DNA of 64,000 nucleotides from a virus: IMG/VR virus record IMGVR_UViG_3300033153_009093, positions 64,001 to 128,000 of that record, one strand, 5' to 3'. How positions within the stretch are numbered: the first letter of the stretch is position 1; every line of letters starts with the position of its first letter. Shown piece by piece: positions 50,795 through 60,453 of this stretch. The translations under genes were made by a program, and so were the position numbers. Below the pieces are notes generated by a model. That model saw only the letters and a list, made by a program, of their open reading frames with translations. It was not told where the DNA came from and did no database searches.

Positions 50795-50989
50795 TCAGTT
50801 CTTAAAAGAGTCTATTGATATTTTTTTAAATTTATTTGAAGTAGATGAAAAACTTTTTAGTAAATTTCTAACTTTTAATGCATTTGATGAATTACTTTTA
50901 TCTCCAAATACTTGTATACGATATTCCAATTCTCTTACTGAAGATAATACTTCATTTGTTATCTCTTCTAAGTTTGAATAATTCCTCAT
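50795..50989 (-). CDS. Small basic protein, possibly Hc1 histone-like family (divergent)
   Basis: Same length and pattern as 61716-61910 (DKSNSSNALKVRN...KFKKISI). Confidence 0.4.
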   Translation of the reverse strand: MRNYSNLEEITNEVLSSVRELEYRIQVFGDKSNSSNALKVRNLLKSFSSTSNKFKKISIDSFKN

Positions 50990-51171
50990 TATTTATCCTT
51001 ATCTTTTTCAAATTGATTATTTTTATTTTCGGCAACCTTTCTAATTTCATCAGCAATTTCAATATCATTAACTAATGCAATACAATACTCATCAATAAAA
51101 AGATTTAACCATCCTTCACATCCTTTAGTATTAATATTTACATAATTAAAATCCATATCATTACTCACCAT
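50989..51171 (-). CDS. Small hypothetical protein, 60 aa
   Basis: Track ORF with coupled start and stop. Confidence 0.45.
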   Translation of the reverse strand: MVSNDMDFNYVNINTKGCEGWLNLFIDEYCIALVNDIEIADEIRKVAENKNNQFEKDKDK

Positions 51172-51803
51172 TTAATGATATATTCATTTCTATTATTAGA
51201 AAATACTTTATCTTTAAAATCGTGATAGTGATATGTGCAATCATTTTTAATTATAGATACAGCATTTAATGCATCGATATCATTTTTATCATTTGGAATA
51301 TAAACTAAATTATTATCTTTACAAAGATCTTCGAGATATTTATTACATTGAAAATTTGAGTTTGATATAATATATTTTGAATGAATTTTATATAAATCTT
51401 CTTGTTTTTTTCCATTATCAGATAATTTAATTATATAATAATTACTTTCGCCTATATATTTATATATAAGACCTTGAAATATTTCATTATTATAATTAAC
51501 TAATACAATTTTATCATCCCCGTAATCATATTCAGGATCACGTACTATCTCAGTATCTACATTAACAAAATGCGGCATAGTTGCATACGAATCTTGTATA
51601 ATATTTTCAATTCCTTCCATCAACTTATCAGTCAGTATAGTTTTTTGAAAATAGCTATAAAAGTGTTTTTTTTGAATATCGATAATTCCTTTGTCATTAT
51701 CTATATTAATATTAATGGCACCTTCCTCGTTATCAATTTTTGTACCATCATCTATTCTCATATATACTGTAAATTTCATATAATAAATTTCCTCTATTCT
51801 CAA
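51165..51803 (-). CDS. Hypothetical protein, 212 aa
   Basis: Track ORF; AGGA upstream; ends TGG-TGA. Confidence 0.6.
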   Translation of the reverse strand: MRIEEIYYMKFTVYMRIDDGTKIDNEEGAININIDNDKGIIDIQKKHFYSYFQKTILTDKLMEGIENIIQDSYATMPHFVNVDTEIVRDPEYDYGDDKIVLVNYNNEIFQGLIYKYIGESNYYIIKLSDNGKKQEDLYKIHSKYIISNSNFQCNKYLEDLCKDNNLVYIPNDKNDIDALNAVSIIKNDCTYHYHDFKDKVFSNNRNEYIIKW

Positions 51804-51805
51804 TT

Positions 51806-52202
51806 TTATAATTGTTTTATTTCTTCGATCAATTTAGTAGTTGAATATTGTTTATAATGATTTATTGTCATAGTTACTTTTGCAATATCTGAACCAATTA
51901 TTTTATTATGGTCATAATCAGCACCTTTAACAATTATATCCGGCTTAATTTTTTTTATCAATTCATAAGGTGTATCTTCTTCAAATATATAAACTTCGTC
52001 AATATAAATTATACTATATAACATTTCCAATCTATCAATATCATCCATTACAGCACTTCTATTTTTTAATCTATAAATTGAATCATTGGAATTTATACCA
52101 ACTATCAATTTATCATTTGGAAATATATTTTTTATTTCTTTAAATAATGCGATATGTCCTGGATGAAAAAAAAAAAAAACATCCATTAGTGAATATTTTC
52201 AT
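51806..52202 (-). CDS. HldE/RfaE domain-II-like nucleotidyltransferase, frameshifted in an A14 tract
   Basis: MKIFTNGCF...HPGH, LIVGINSNDSI.RLK, IDEVYIFEEDTPYELIKKIKPDIIVKGADY. There are 13 nt between TGT and CAT where 12 are expected. Confidence 0.8.
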
Positions 52203-52206
52203 TACT

Positions 52207-53103
52207 TTACCTTTTTAATAAACTTTTTATTTTATCTAATTGTTTTTGTTTATCTTTAATCTAATATTTCTCAAAGATATGTAATAACTTATACCCTTTT
52301 TCTTTACATATATCAGTTTTCATTTGATGATATTCATCAGCGGTATAATTTTTCTTATATTTCTTTTTTATCATCTCATCAGAATGCCAATAACTGCCAT
52401 TAAATTCAATCGCAAAACTCTTTGAGGGTATTACTATATCCAGTTCATAAGGCTTGATTATAGACCTATTGGACTGTTCATAATCAATATTTAAAGAGTC
52501 AAGAAAAGAACATATTTCTTTTTCCGGTTTTGAAACTTGATTTGAGCATTTTGGACAACTTCTTCCGCTTAAATGACTATTTGGTGTTTGTTTAAATATA
52601 CCATGCTTAGGGCAAATTATTTTTATTTTAACCAGACTACCTTTATATTTTATTAATGAGTAGTCGTATTTATTATTATGTAATTTATTTGATTTATTAA
52701 TAAAAGTATCATCTGTTATAGTTCGTCTATTACATTTTGGACAACCTGAGCCATATAAATGAGAATTTGCTTCTTGCTAAAATATACCATGAACTTTACA
52801 AATAATTTTAATCTTTTTATGAATGGTTATATAATTAACTAACTTATAATTATATTTCTAACAATGTACTTTAATTGCTTTTTCAATAAATTCTTCTGTA
52901 GTTAATTTTTGAAAACCTGAACACTTTAGACAACCTTGTCCGCGTAAGTGTTTATTAGGAGTTTGATTAAATTCTCCATGAATAGGGCAAAGTATTTTAA
53001 CTTTTACATGAGCATTTACATACTTAACTAATTTATAATTATATTTCTAACCATGAACATTTATAGCTCGTTCTATAAATTTTTCAGTCGTTAATCTCTT
53101 CAT
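52207..53103 (-). CDS. Endonuclease with three HxxKYxY..CPxHGxFxQ..GCxKC repeats and a C-terminal Vsr/PD-(D/E)xK domain, 298 aa (absent from the ORF track)
   Basis: ATG 53103 to TAA 52207; TAG at 53047, 52858, 52777 and 52261. YELDIVIP, IEFNGSYWHS, HIFEKY*. Confidence 0.85.
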
Positions 53104-53109
53104 TATTAA

Positions 53110-53835
53110 TTATTCTCCGCAACTTGCACTTAAATTAACAGGTTCGGTATTTCCGGTGATTTTTTCTAATATTATATCCACTGTCATAATTCTAGCAGTT
53201 AATTGAATAGAAAGACTTCCTCCGTCCTTTTTACATTCCAAATTAAAACTTTCTAAAAATTGCTGATTATCATATAATGGTAAAGAATCAAATTGAAATA
53301 ATTCCTATTTTCTTAATTTTTTATACGTCATTACTCCGCTGTTAATATCCATTGTTTGATATAATTTATCATTATAAATAACTGAAAGATTAGACATTAC
53401 ACCTATAGCAATATTATAAATAGTATCAACTATAGGGTTCATGTCTTCTGTTAATGTCGCAGCTAATAAAATTTCATCCAATATATAATCAAAGTGTATA
53501 AGTTCTTCCATGCAATCTATATATGAAAAAGTTTCATTCAATGAAATTTTATTAATAAATGCTCTTATGCACTTTTCATCTACATTTCCATCTTGATCCG
53601 CTATCTAATTTAAATTATGGTATGCTTTCATTTGAGCTTGATAACTCGAAGGTAAACTAGTTACATTTAATATAGTATCATCGTCATCATAACAACCTTC
53701 TAATTTAAATGATACTTCGCATACAATTGTATCATTAATATGCTATATATCAAACATATTATATTTTAATGCTCTTGTCATATACGCAGGAGTTTTATTA
53801 GTATTGACATCATCTGATATTACAACTATATCCAT
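53110..53835 (-). CDS. Hypothetical protein, 241 aa
   Basis: ATG 53835, 3 TAG (FDI*HIND, LN*IAD, RK*ELF), TAA 53110. Confidence 0.65.
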
Positions 53836-53846
53836 ATACCTTACCT

Positions 53847-54839
53847 TTATACAATTTTCTTAATTAATACATCTGTCAATTTATAATTATTATTAATATA
53901 TTGATCATTTAAATCTATAAAATTTTTACTAGGGATAATGGCATACACATTATTATATAATTTATATTTATATATTTTTTTATTATTAGATAATGTATTG
54001 ATAATATTGGTAATAAACTTTAACTTATTAATATCATTATCAATAATTAAATATATATTATCATAAAAAAACTTTCCTGTATTCAATAAAAAATGAAATA
54101 ATTTTTTATAATTCTTGCTACATAAAGCTAAATAATTTGAACTGGTTCCGTTTTGTAAAATGTCAGATACATTAATAGTTATTAAATCAAACAAGCTTTC
54201 AGATATATATAAGTTCGAAAATCTATAATCATTTATCAAATAATAATAATCCAATTTATCATTATTTAATATTGAATAATTTATTTCTTTTATCTTTTTA
54301 TAAGAATTCTTAGATTTAATATCATATTTATATAAAAATTTTGAATAAAAACTTTTATATATTAAAGTATTTTCAATGCAATCAATATTATAATTCTTTA
54401 ATATATTATATGTCCTATTATCATTGCATCCTAATCGATACTTTACAAAATGATAGGCAATGCAATCAGTATTTATAGTATTTTCATTGTTAAATATATT
54501 TACAATATCATATTTATAATCAACATTTATTTTTATTTTATTTCCTTTTTTAGAGAAATCGTAAGTATAAAAATTAAAATACTGATCTAATAAAGTATTT
54601 ATGTATTCTTTATTATTACCACTTTTTAATTCTTTTAATAGATTATAAACTATTCCACCTTCATTACATTTATAACAATAAAAAAATCCATTATTATAAT
54701 CTATTCTCATATGAGGTTTATTGTTTTTACTTCTACCACATAGAACGCAATTATATTGATTTACATTATCGCTGATTTCCTTTTTATTATCTAAATATTG
54801 TTCTATAAAGGAAATTACCTGATATATATATTCATTCAT
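53847..54839 (-). CDS. DNA primase (Zn finger + TOPRIM)
   Basis: CVLC...FYCYKCNEGG Zn finger; LYISESLFDLITI and IIDND TOPRIM motifs. Confidence 0.75.
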   Translation of the reverse strand: MNEYIYQVISFIEQYLDNKKEISDNVNQYNCVLCGRSKNNKPHMRIDYNNGFFYCYKCNEGGIVYNLLKELKSGNNKEYINTLLDQYFNFYTYDFSKKGNKIKINVDYKYDIVNIFNNENTINTDCIAYHFVKYRLGCNDNRTYNILKNYNIDCIENTLIYKSFYSKFLYKYDIKSKNSYKKIKEINYSILNNDKLDYYYLINDYRFSNLYISESLFDLITINVSDILQNGTSSNYLALCSKNYKKLFHFLLNTGKFFYDNIYLIIDNDINKLKFITNIINTLSNNKKIYKYKLYNNVYAIIPSKNFIDLNDQYINNNYKLTDVLIKKIV

Positions 54840-55939
54840 ATTAAATATTTTTTAACAACGGATATTACATTTTCTACATCTATAGTAGACGTATTTCTAT
54901 TTTCAAACATGACCATTAATAATGTCATTAATACTTCCATCTTTTCGCTATTATTTGTATCAATAAATTCATCTAACGTTATATCAAATTTTTCACATAT
55001 ATCATCAATTGATAAAGTTGAATCCATATCATTATTATTTTTTGCCAATTTTAATAATGAATTCAGTTCATATTCTATTTGTATTTCGCCTATAGAATAA
55101 TCTTTATATAGCTCTTCTTTAAAAGTATTATCTATAACTACTGAAGGATCATGAATAATAAATTTTACATATGAATGGTTATTAATATTCAATTTTGCAA
55201 TATTATGATAGACATCACTATCTTTCCAAATATGAAAAGTATAATACTTTATAGAGTACTTATTTTGTAATATTTTAATATTATTCTTTTCTATTAATAA
55301 AAAATTATTGTTATCATAAGAATCATTATAATTCGAATTTATAGCACTGCCTATATTTAATATATTAAAATTATTCCTATTTTTAAAAAAAGGAACATGA
55401 TTATGTCCATTTATTAAATAGACAATTTTATCAACCTTTTCAAATATAGGAATTATATTAAAAAAAGTTGATCGGAATTTATATATTTCAGAAAAATCAT
55501 TATGAGAATACAAATAATAATTCTTATATGATGTATCATTTATATATTCTTTAACATTATTAAATAAGATAGAATAATCTATACTGTTAAAAATATAAGG
55601 AATATAGATATTATTATTTTCAAAAGTTAATTCATTATATATTTTTATGTTATCATTTAATAATAATAATTCATAAATACTTTCTGTTTTAGTTATTAAA
55701 TCATGATTACCAACTAAGATATTAATATCTTTAATATCTTTGTATATCAATATCAACTCTTTAAATAATTTTAAAGAGGCATTATCTATTGTAGACGATG
55801 TAAAAATATCCCCTAAAAAAACAACTGAATCAATATCATATAACCGATTCATTTGTTTAAGAAAAGGATATAGTAATTTTGAATAAAAACTAACATTATT
55901 TTTATTTAAATGAACATCGCCTATAATTAATTTACTCAT
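54836..55939 (-). CDS. Mre11/SbcD/gp47-like recombination nuclease
   Basis: IGDVHL, LGDIF, VGNHD, SHND, NGHNH, IGS. Confidence 0.85.
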   Translation of the reverse strand: MSKLIIGDVHLNKNNVSFYSKLLYPFLKQMNRLYDIDSVVFLGDIFTSSTIDNASLKLFKELILIYKDIKDINILVGNHDLITKTESIYELLLLNDNIKIYNELTFENNNIYIPYIFNSIDYSILFNNVKEYINDTSYKNYYLYSHNDFSEIYKFRSTFFNIIPIFEKVDKIVYLINGHNHVPFFKNRNNFNILNIGSAINSNYNDSYDNNNFLLIEKNNIKILQNKYSIKYYTFHIWKDSDVYHNIAKLNINNHSYVKFIIHDPSVVIDNTFKEELYKDYSIGEIQIEYELNSLLKLAKNNNDMDSTLSIDDICEKFDITLDEFIDTNNSEKMEVLMTLLMVMFENRNTSTIDVENVISVVKKYLI

Positions 55940-55956
55940 ATTTTTAATATTTTATT

Positions 55957-56268
55957 TTATATTATAATTTCTACTAATGTAGCAATATTCATACCATCAA
56001 TCTTAATATGATACAGCGGTTTATACTTTTTGTCAACTATGAATATGTTTTTAATTCCTAATAGTATGTAATTAAAAAAATTAAATAATTGTTGTTTATT
56101 GATCATTCTATTATTGATAAACTTATTATATTCCACTTGTTTCCATTCTGTTAATATATGCTCTAAAAAAATATAAATATCATCAATATTTGACATATCG
56201 TTATAAATATTAATAATTATATAAATATCATTATCATATAAACTTATAGTGTTATCAGAAACATTCAT
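55957..56268 (-). CDS. Hypothetical protein, 103 aa
   Basis: Track ORF coupled to recA. Confidence 0.5.
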   Translation of the reverse strand: MNVSDNTISLYDNDIYIIINIYNDMSNIDDIYIFLEHILTEWKQVEYNKFINNRMINKQQLFNFFNYILLGIKNIFIVDKKYKPLYHIKIDGMNIATLVEIII

Positions 56269-56276
56269 TTATATCT

Positions 56277-57410
56277 TTACCTTTTTTTAGCACCTTCATC
56301 TATCTTATCGATAATAGTTTCTATATCTTGTGATTCTGATGCATTTTCTGAAATTTTCATTGCGGTTGAAATTGATGTAAACCTATCTAATTGAATCTTA
56401 TCATTTTCAAAATAATAATTAAAAATTCTTTCTTTTGATTCTTCTACAAATTTTTTATCATCATCGGGGTAAAACTCATTGAAGATGCTATTAATAGCAT
56501 ACTTCCATTTATTGACACATTTATCGGTTAATAAATATTGATAAAAATCTTTTAATCGATGTTTATTATCTTTATCATCTGCAAAGAAATACCAACCTGA
56601 CCTTGATCCTATATCCTTTTTTGATTTCAAATAATTAATAAGTGTCAACGGGGAGTCGTATCCTGAAGTATTTGTAACTTCGAATTCTATTTTTCTATGC
56701 GGTGATATTATTTTACTTTTTTTAGTTTGTATAGTTGACACAAATCCAAATTCAGGATTAATCAATTTTGACTTCTTTCTTGTTGCATATAATGTCAAAA
56801 ATGATTTATGTTTTACAGCATTACAAGAAGGTGGTTCAACGGGCATATATTGACCTTGCATACTTTCCCTATGCTGATTCAAAGCAAACATAGTTAAATT
56901 ATTATCATAAAATTTTGTAATTCTAAATAATTTAGTAAATGCTCTTGCTTGCATCCCTATCTTTTCATATCCATCCAACTCTTCATTGGCGGGAGTTTGT
57001 TGTAATGTATCCCATATAATAAATAAATCTACTCCGGGATTATTTTCTTTAACCTCGAAAATAATTTGTCCCGCTCTTTCAATTGATTCGGGATTAAGAA
57101 TTATAACATTATCTAGGTTTTCTATTCCTAATGATTTTAATCTCATACCTGTTACTGATTCTTCTGTATCAAAATACAAAGCGATATATTCTTTTGATTG
57201 TTTTATATATGATGATAATATTTGTATTGCCAATGTCGATTTTCCAACTGATGAAGTTGCCCAAATATATTCCAATTGATATTTTGGCATACCACCTGAA
57301 CCAATAAAAGCATCAAATATAGGATTTCCTGTTAAAAAGAAATCATAATTATCATCTATTTTTATAATGTCCTTTTTTAATGTTTTGCGCAAAGCATCTA
57401 AATTTACCAT
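56277..57410 (-). CDS. recA: RecA/UvsX-like recombinase
   Basis: TGNPIFDAFIGSGGMP, ATSSVGKST, YFDTEES, IWDTL, ALNQHR, SGWY. 4 TGG, 0 TAG. Confidence 0.85.
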   Translation of the reverse strand: MVNLDALRKTLKKDIIKIDDNYDFFLTGNPIFDAFIGSGGMPKYQLEYIWATSSVGKSTLAIQILSSYIKQSKEYIALYFDTEESVTGMRLKSLGIENLDNVIILNPESIERAGQIIFEVKENNPGVDLFIIWDTLQQTPANEELDGYEKIGMQARAFTKLFRITKFYDNNLTMFALNQHRESMQGQYMPVEPPSCNAVKHKSFLTLYATRKKSKLINPEFGFVSTIQTKKSKIISPHRKIEFEVTNTSGYDSPLTLINYLKSKKDIGSRSGWYFFADDKDNKHRLKDFYQYLLTDKCVNKWKYAINSIFNEFYPDDDKKFVEESKERIFNYYFENDKIQLDRFTSISTAMKISENASESQDIETIIDKIDEGAKKR

Positions 57411-57432
57411 TTCATATCCTTTTTATTTAATA

Positions 57433-57954
57433 TTATAGCGTATCAGGAGAAAGCATATTATCAATATCATCAATATCCTCACCTGATGATAAGTCCATTT
57501 TTATTCTATCATTATCTAATTTTTGTAATTTTAATAAATTATTGGTTATATCATTTAAAATTGTTCTTCGGTCTGATATAACTTGTCTAATTAAATCTAA
57601 CATCTTTACAATATTTTCTTCATTAGTCATTTCATTATGACTATCAATATATTTTTTAAATAATAGTTTTTGATACTTATATTCCTTAATAGCCAATTTA
57701 AGCATTAGAATTATTGATCTGAATGTTATATTTTTAGACATTGAATCAGTGAGACTTGTTATATTATCTATATCAGAAATTACATCATCTGCATAAATAT
57801 TTAATTCATCATTCTCTTTTAATAAATCAAAAAAGAGTTTAACGCTAGATGTATTATTATAACTGTTACTGTTAACATTTTGTTCGGGCCTTAAATTTTG
57901 AATATTATTTTTTATATTTTCAAAATTCGTTAGTGGTATATTTTTTTGTTCCAT
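57433..57954 (-). CDS. Hypothetical helical protein, 173 aa
   Basis: Track ORF; AGGT upstream. Confidence 0.6.
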   Translation of the reverse strand: MEQKNIPLTNFENIKNNIQNLRPEQNVNSNSYNNTSSVKLFFDLLKENDELNIYADDVISDIDNITSLTDSMSKNITFRSIILMLKLAIKEYKYQKLLFKKYIDSHNEMTNEENIVKMLDLIRQVISDRRTILNDITNNLLKLQKLDNDRIKMDLSSGEDIDDIDNMLSPDTL

Positions 57955-58023
57955 GTTTATTTACCTATAATAAAATTATATATAATTAATTTCATAATCT
58001 AATACATAAAAAGGATTATTATA

Positions 58024-58518
58024 ATGCTTCGGATACCTAATATATTTATAGAAAATATTACCCATATATCAGCTAAACCTTTCTTTGATATAAAATTTGA
58101 TTCCATAAAAGGAGTTAATATAAATAATGATTTTTTAGACATCATTTTTTACAGGTCATTAATAGGAAAAGTATCTTCTAAAAAAAATGGAATCAAAATA
58201 AGATACTTTGATGAAAATAATAATATATTACATAATTCTAATATTTCAAAATTTAAAAAAACTATTTATGAAAACAAAAAAATAGTATCAAATAAAAATA
58301 GTATCAAAATTAAAAAAAGTAATAATTGTAAATACCTAACTCGATTAGAAATTATTTTTACATATAATAGTATAGACACTATTATATTTGATACTAAAAT
58401 TCCACAGAATACAATATTTTCTGAAAACACTAATGGAACTATTAAAAGTGGCATAGCTATTCCTTTAAATGAAACTAATATTGAATTGTATAATAAATTT
58501 CAAATAATATATAAATAA
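58024..58518 (+). CDS. Hypothetical protein, 164 aa, directly upstream of the dead TnpB-like gene
   Basis: AAGGA RBS; TAA ends one base before ATG 58520. Confidence 0.65.
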   Translation: MLRIPNIFIENITHISAKPFFDIKFDSIKGVNINNDFLDIIFYRSLIGKVSSKKNGIKIRYFDENNNILHNSNISKFKKTIYENKKIVSNKNSIKIKKSNNCKYLTRLEIIFTYNSIDTIIFDTKIPQNTIFSENTNGTIKSGIAIPLNETNIELYNKFQIIYK

Positions 58519-58519
58519 T

Positions 58520-59851
58520 ATGAAAAAGTGTATAAAAAATTATTCTATAAACATATCATCATCTAATTATAATAAATTAACCAATTATTTATTATACTAT
58601 AATAAGTGTAAAAATTTATTTTATAATAAATATTAGAATGATATCGGTACAATATATTTACCATATAAATATGAACTACGAGATACATTAGTTTCAAATA
58701 TAAAAAATAATGATTTGAATATTAATGAATTGGATTTATTAAAAAGCGTTCCCGCTAAATTATAGAAAAACGCATTAACTGAATCTATAACTAATTTAAA
58801 ATCTAATTAGTCTAATACAAAAAATAGAATTAGACAAAAAATAAAAAAGAACAAAAATTTTTCTGAAAAAGATACTCATTATTTATATTATGTACTTAAA
58901 TCAAATAACATATTACATAATATAAATAATGGAGATTTGAATATAACCTTAGAAAAATTTGATGTAAATTATAAAAAACTTAATTCATATTTATATCGAC
59001 AAATAAAAAAAGAAAAAAGAAAACCTTATTCTAAAAGTAATAGTTATATTATAGATAGTAGCTCGCAAATATTATACAAACAAATAGATAATAATTTAAT
59101 TTGTTTCCTATCAACATTAAAAAAACGAGAAAGGATTTTAATCCGTTTATCAAATAGTATAAAATATAAAGGCGATATTCGTATAGTATTAAAAAATAAT
59201 AAAATGGAACTACATAAAGTTATTAATATTAAACCTCAATTAAATAACAACAATTCTATTACTGGAATTTATATTGATTTTAATAATTTATTCACAACCC
59301 AAAATAATATTTATGGTAAAAATTTCGATAAACTATTAAAAAAATTTGCACATATTATTCACTGTAAATCAAATAAAAGGGAAATCCTTAAATCAATGAA
59401 TAATATACTAATACAAAAAAATAACTTAGGTACAAAAAAATAGCACAGTAAAAAAAGAAAATTTATTAATGAATTAAATTCCTTTATAAATTTGAATTTG
59501 AATTTATTAATTAAAGAAGAGCGGCCTAAAACTATTATTATAAAAAAAATAAATAAATATTTATTATATAATAATAGAGATAATTTATTTAATATTCCAA
59601 ACCATCATTTATAGATCTTAAATAATTATATAATAAATTACATTTATAAACGATTAGAATACAAAACACAATTAAATCAAATTAATATAATATTAGATAG
59701 TTCAAATTATACAATCAAAGTATGTAATAATTGTAAAAGTAGAAATACTATTATTACAAAAGGGTACTTTAAATGTAATAATTGCATGGTTAGTATAACT
59801 AAAACATCTAATACAATAAACAATATGATTGAGCATCACGGTGTTAATTAA
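58520..59851 (+). CDS. TnpB-like protein with degenerate RuvC active site, 443 aa
   Basis: VPAKL*KNALTESITNLKSN*SNTKNRI, NNLGTKK, KRLEYK, CNNC...CNNC Zn ribbon. RuvC positions read GIYIDF, IIIKKI and ITKTSN, with no acidic catalytic residues. 5 TAG; ends TAA. Confidence 0.8.
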
Positions 59852-59961
59852 TGTTGTTTACCTAACTGGTTTTTGGAAAATGTATATTTATATACATTAC
59901 TGGTTTAACCTAACTTCACGGAAAGAGAAATTTAAATTCAGTTAATAGTAAATTCCCTTAT

Positions 59962-59992
59962 ACCGGAGAAGATTTTCTTCTCCGGTTTTTTT
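59962..59992 (+). terminator. Intrinsic terminator, probably bidirectional
   Basis: ACCGGAGAAGA-TTT-TCTTCTCCGGT 11-bp stem followed by a T-run, between convergent genes. Confidence 0.85.
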
Positions 59993-60443
59993 ATAGATAC
60001 TTTTCAATTTTTTTATTAGTACTTTCATGTAAAATCATATCACTTTTATTTTTATTAAAATATGATTTTGGTGTGCCTTCAAATTTTCTCGACATTCCCC
60101 TCTAATCGGCAATCATTTGAAGTATGTATTTTTTTGGCATTTCAATAGGAATTATTTCATTTTTCCTTGTTACAGATACCTAGTAATTCTAATGATGTTT
60201 ATTTCTTTTTTGATGTTTATTCTACCCTTGTTGAAATAATTTATCGTTTCCATCAGATTTACAATAATTATTTAAGCTATCTTTCTTTTCAAAAAAGATA
60301 GCAGATGGTATAAATTCGGATGGTAAAAATTTTGATAAGTCATGAGTAATTGCATGATAATATAGTCCCATGTTGATACATTCTATTCCTACATTCTTTT
60401 TATGCTCAATAATATATTTAAAATATTTCTAATATTTATTCAT
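59991..60443 (-). CDS. DUF5662-like (HD-type) protein, 150 aa (absent from the ORF track)
   Basis: MNKY*KYFKYIIEHK, AITHDLSKFLPSEF, QQG*NKHQKRNKHH*NY*V, IPIEMPKKYILQMIAD*RGMS. TAG at 60429, 60222, 60189, 60180 and 60102; no TGG. Confidence 0.85.
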
Positions 60444-60453
60444 TTTTTAACCT

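Noticed and set aside
58520-59851. Active IS200/IS605/IS607 element or type V CRISPR effector
   Set aside because: No tnpA or serine recombinase, no recognisable element ends, no repeat-spacer array anywhere in the window, and the catalytic residues appear lost.
1-60443. TAG = Gln (genetic code 15), the default for amber-recoded phages
   Set aside because: The informative conserved columns are Trp and the TAG-rich genes lack TGG. A few sites are neutral or would suit a polar residue (HG*KY at 53047, HGIF*Q at 52777, INL*PNQ at 36411), so these were not counted as support.
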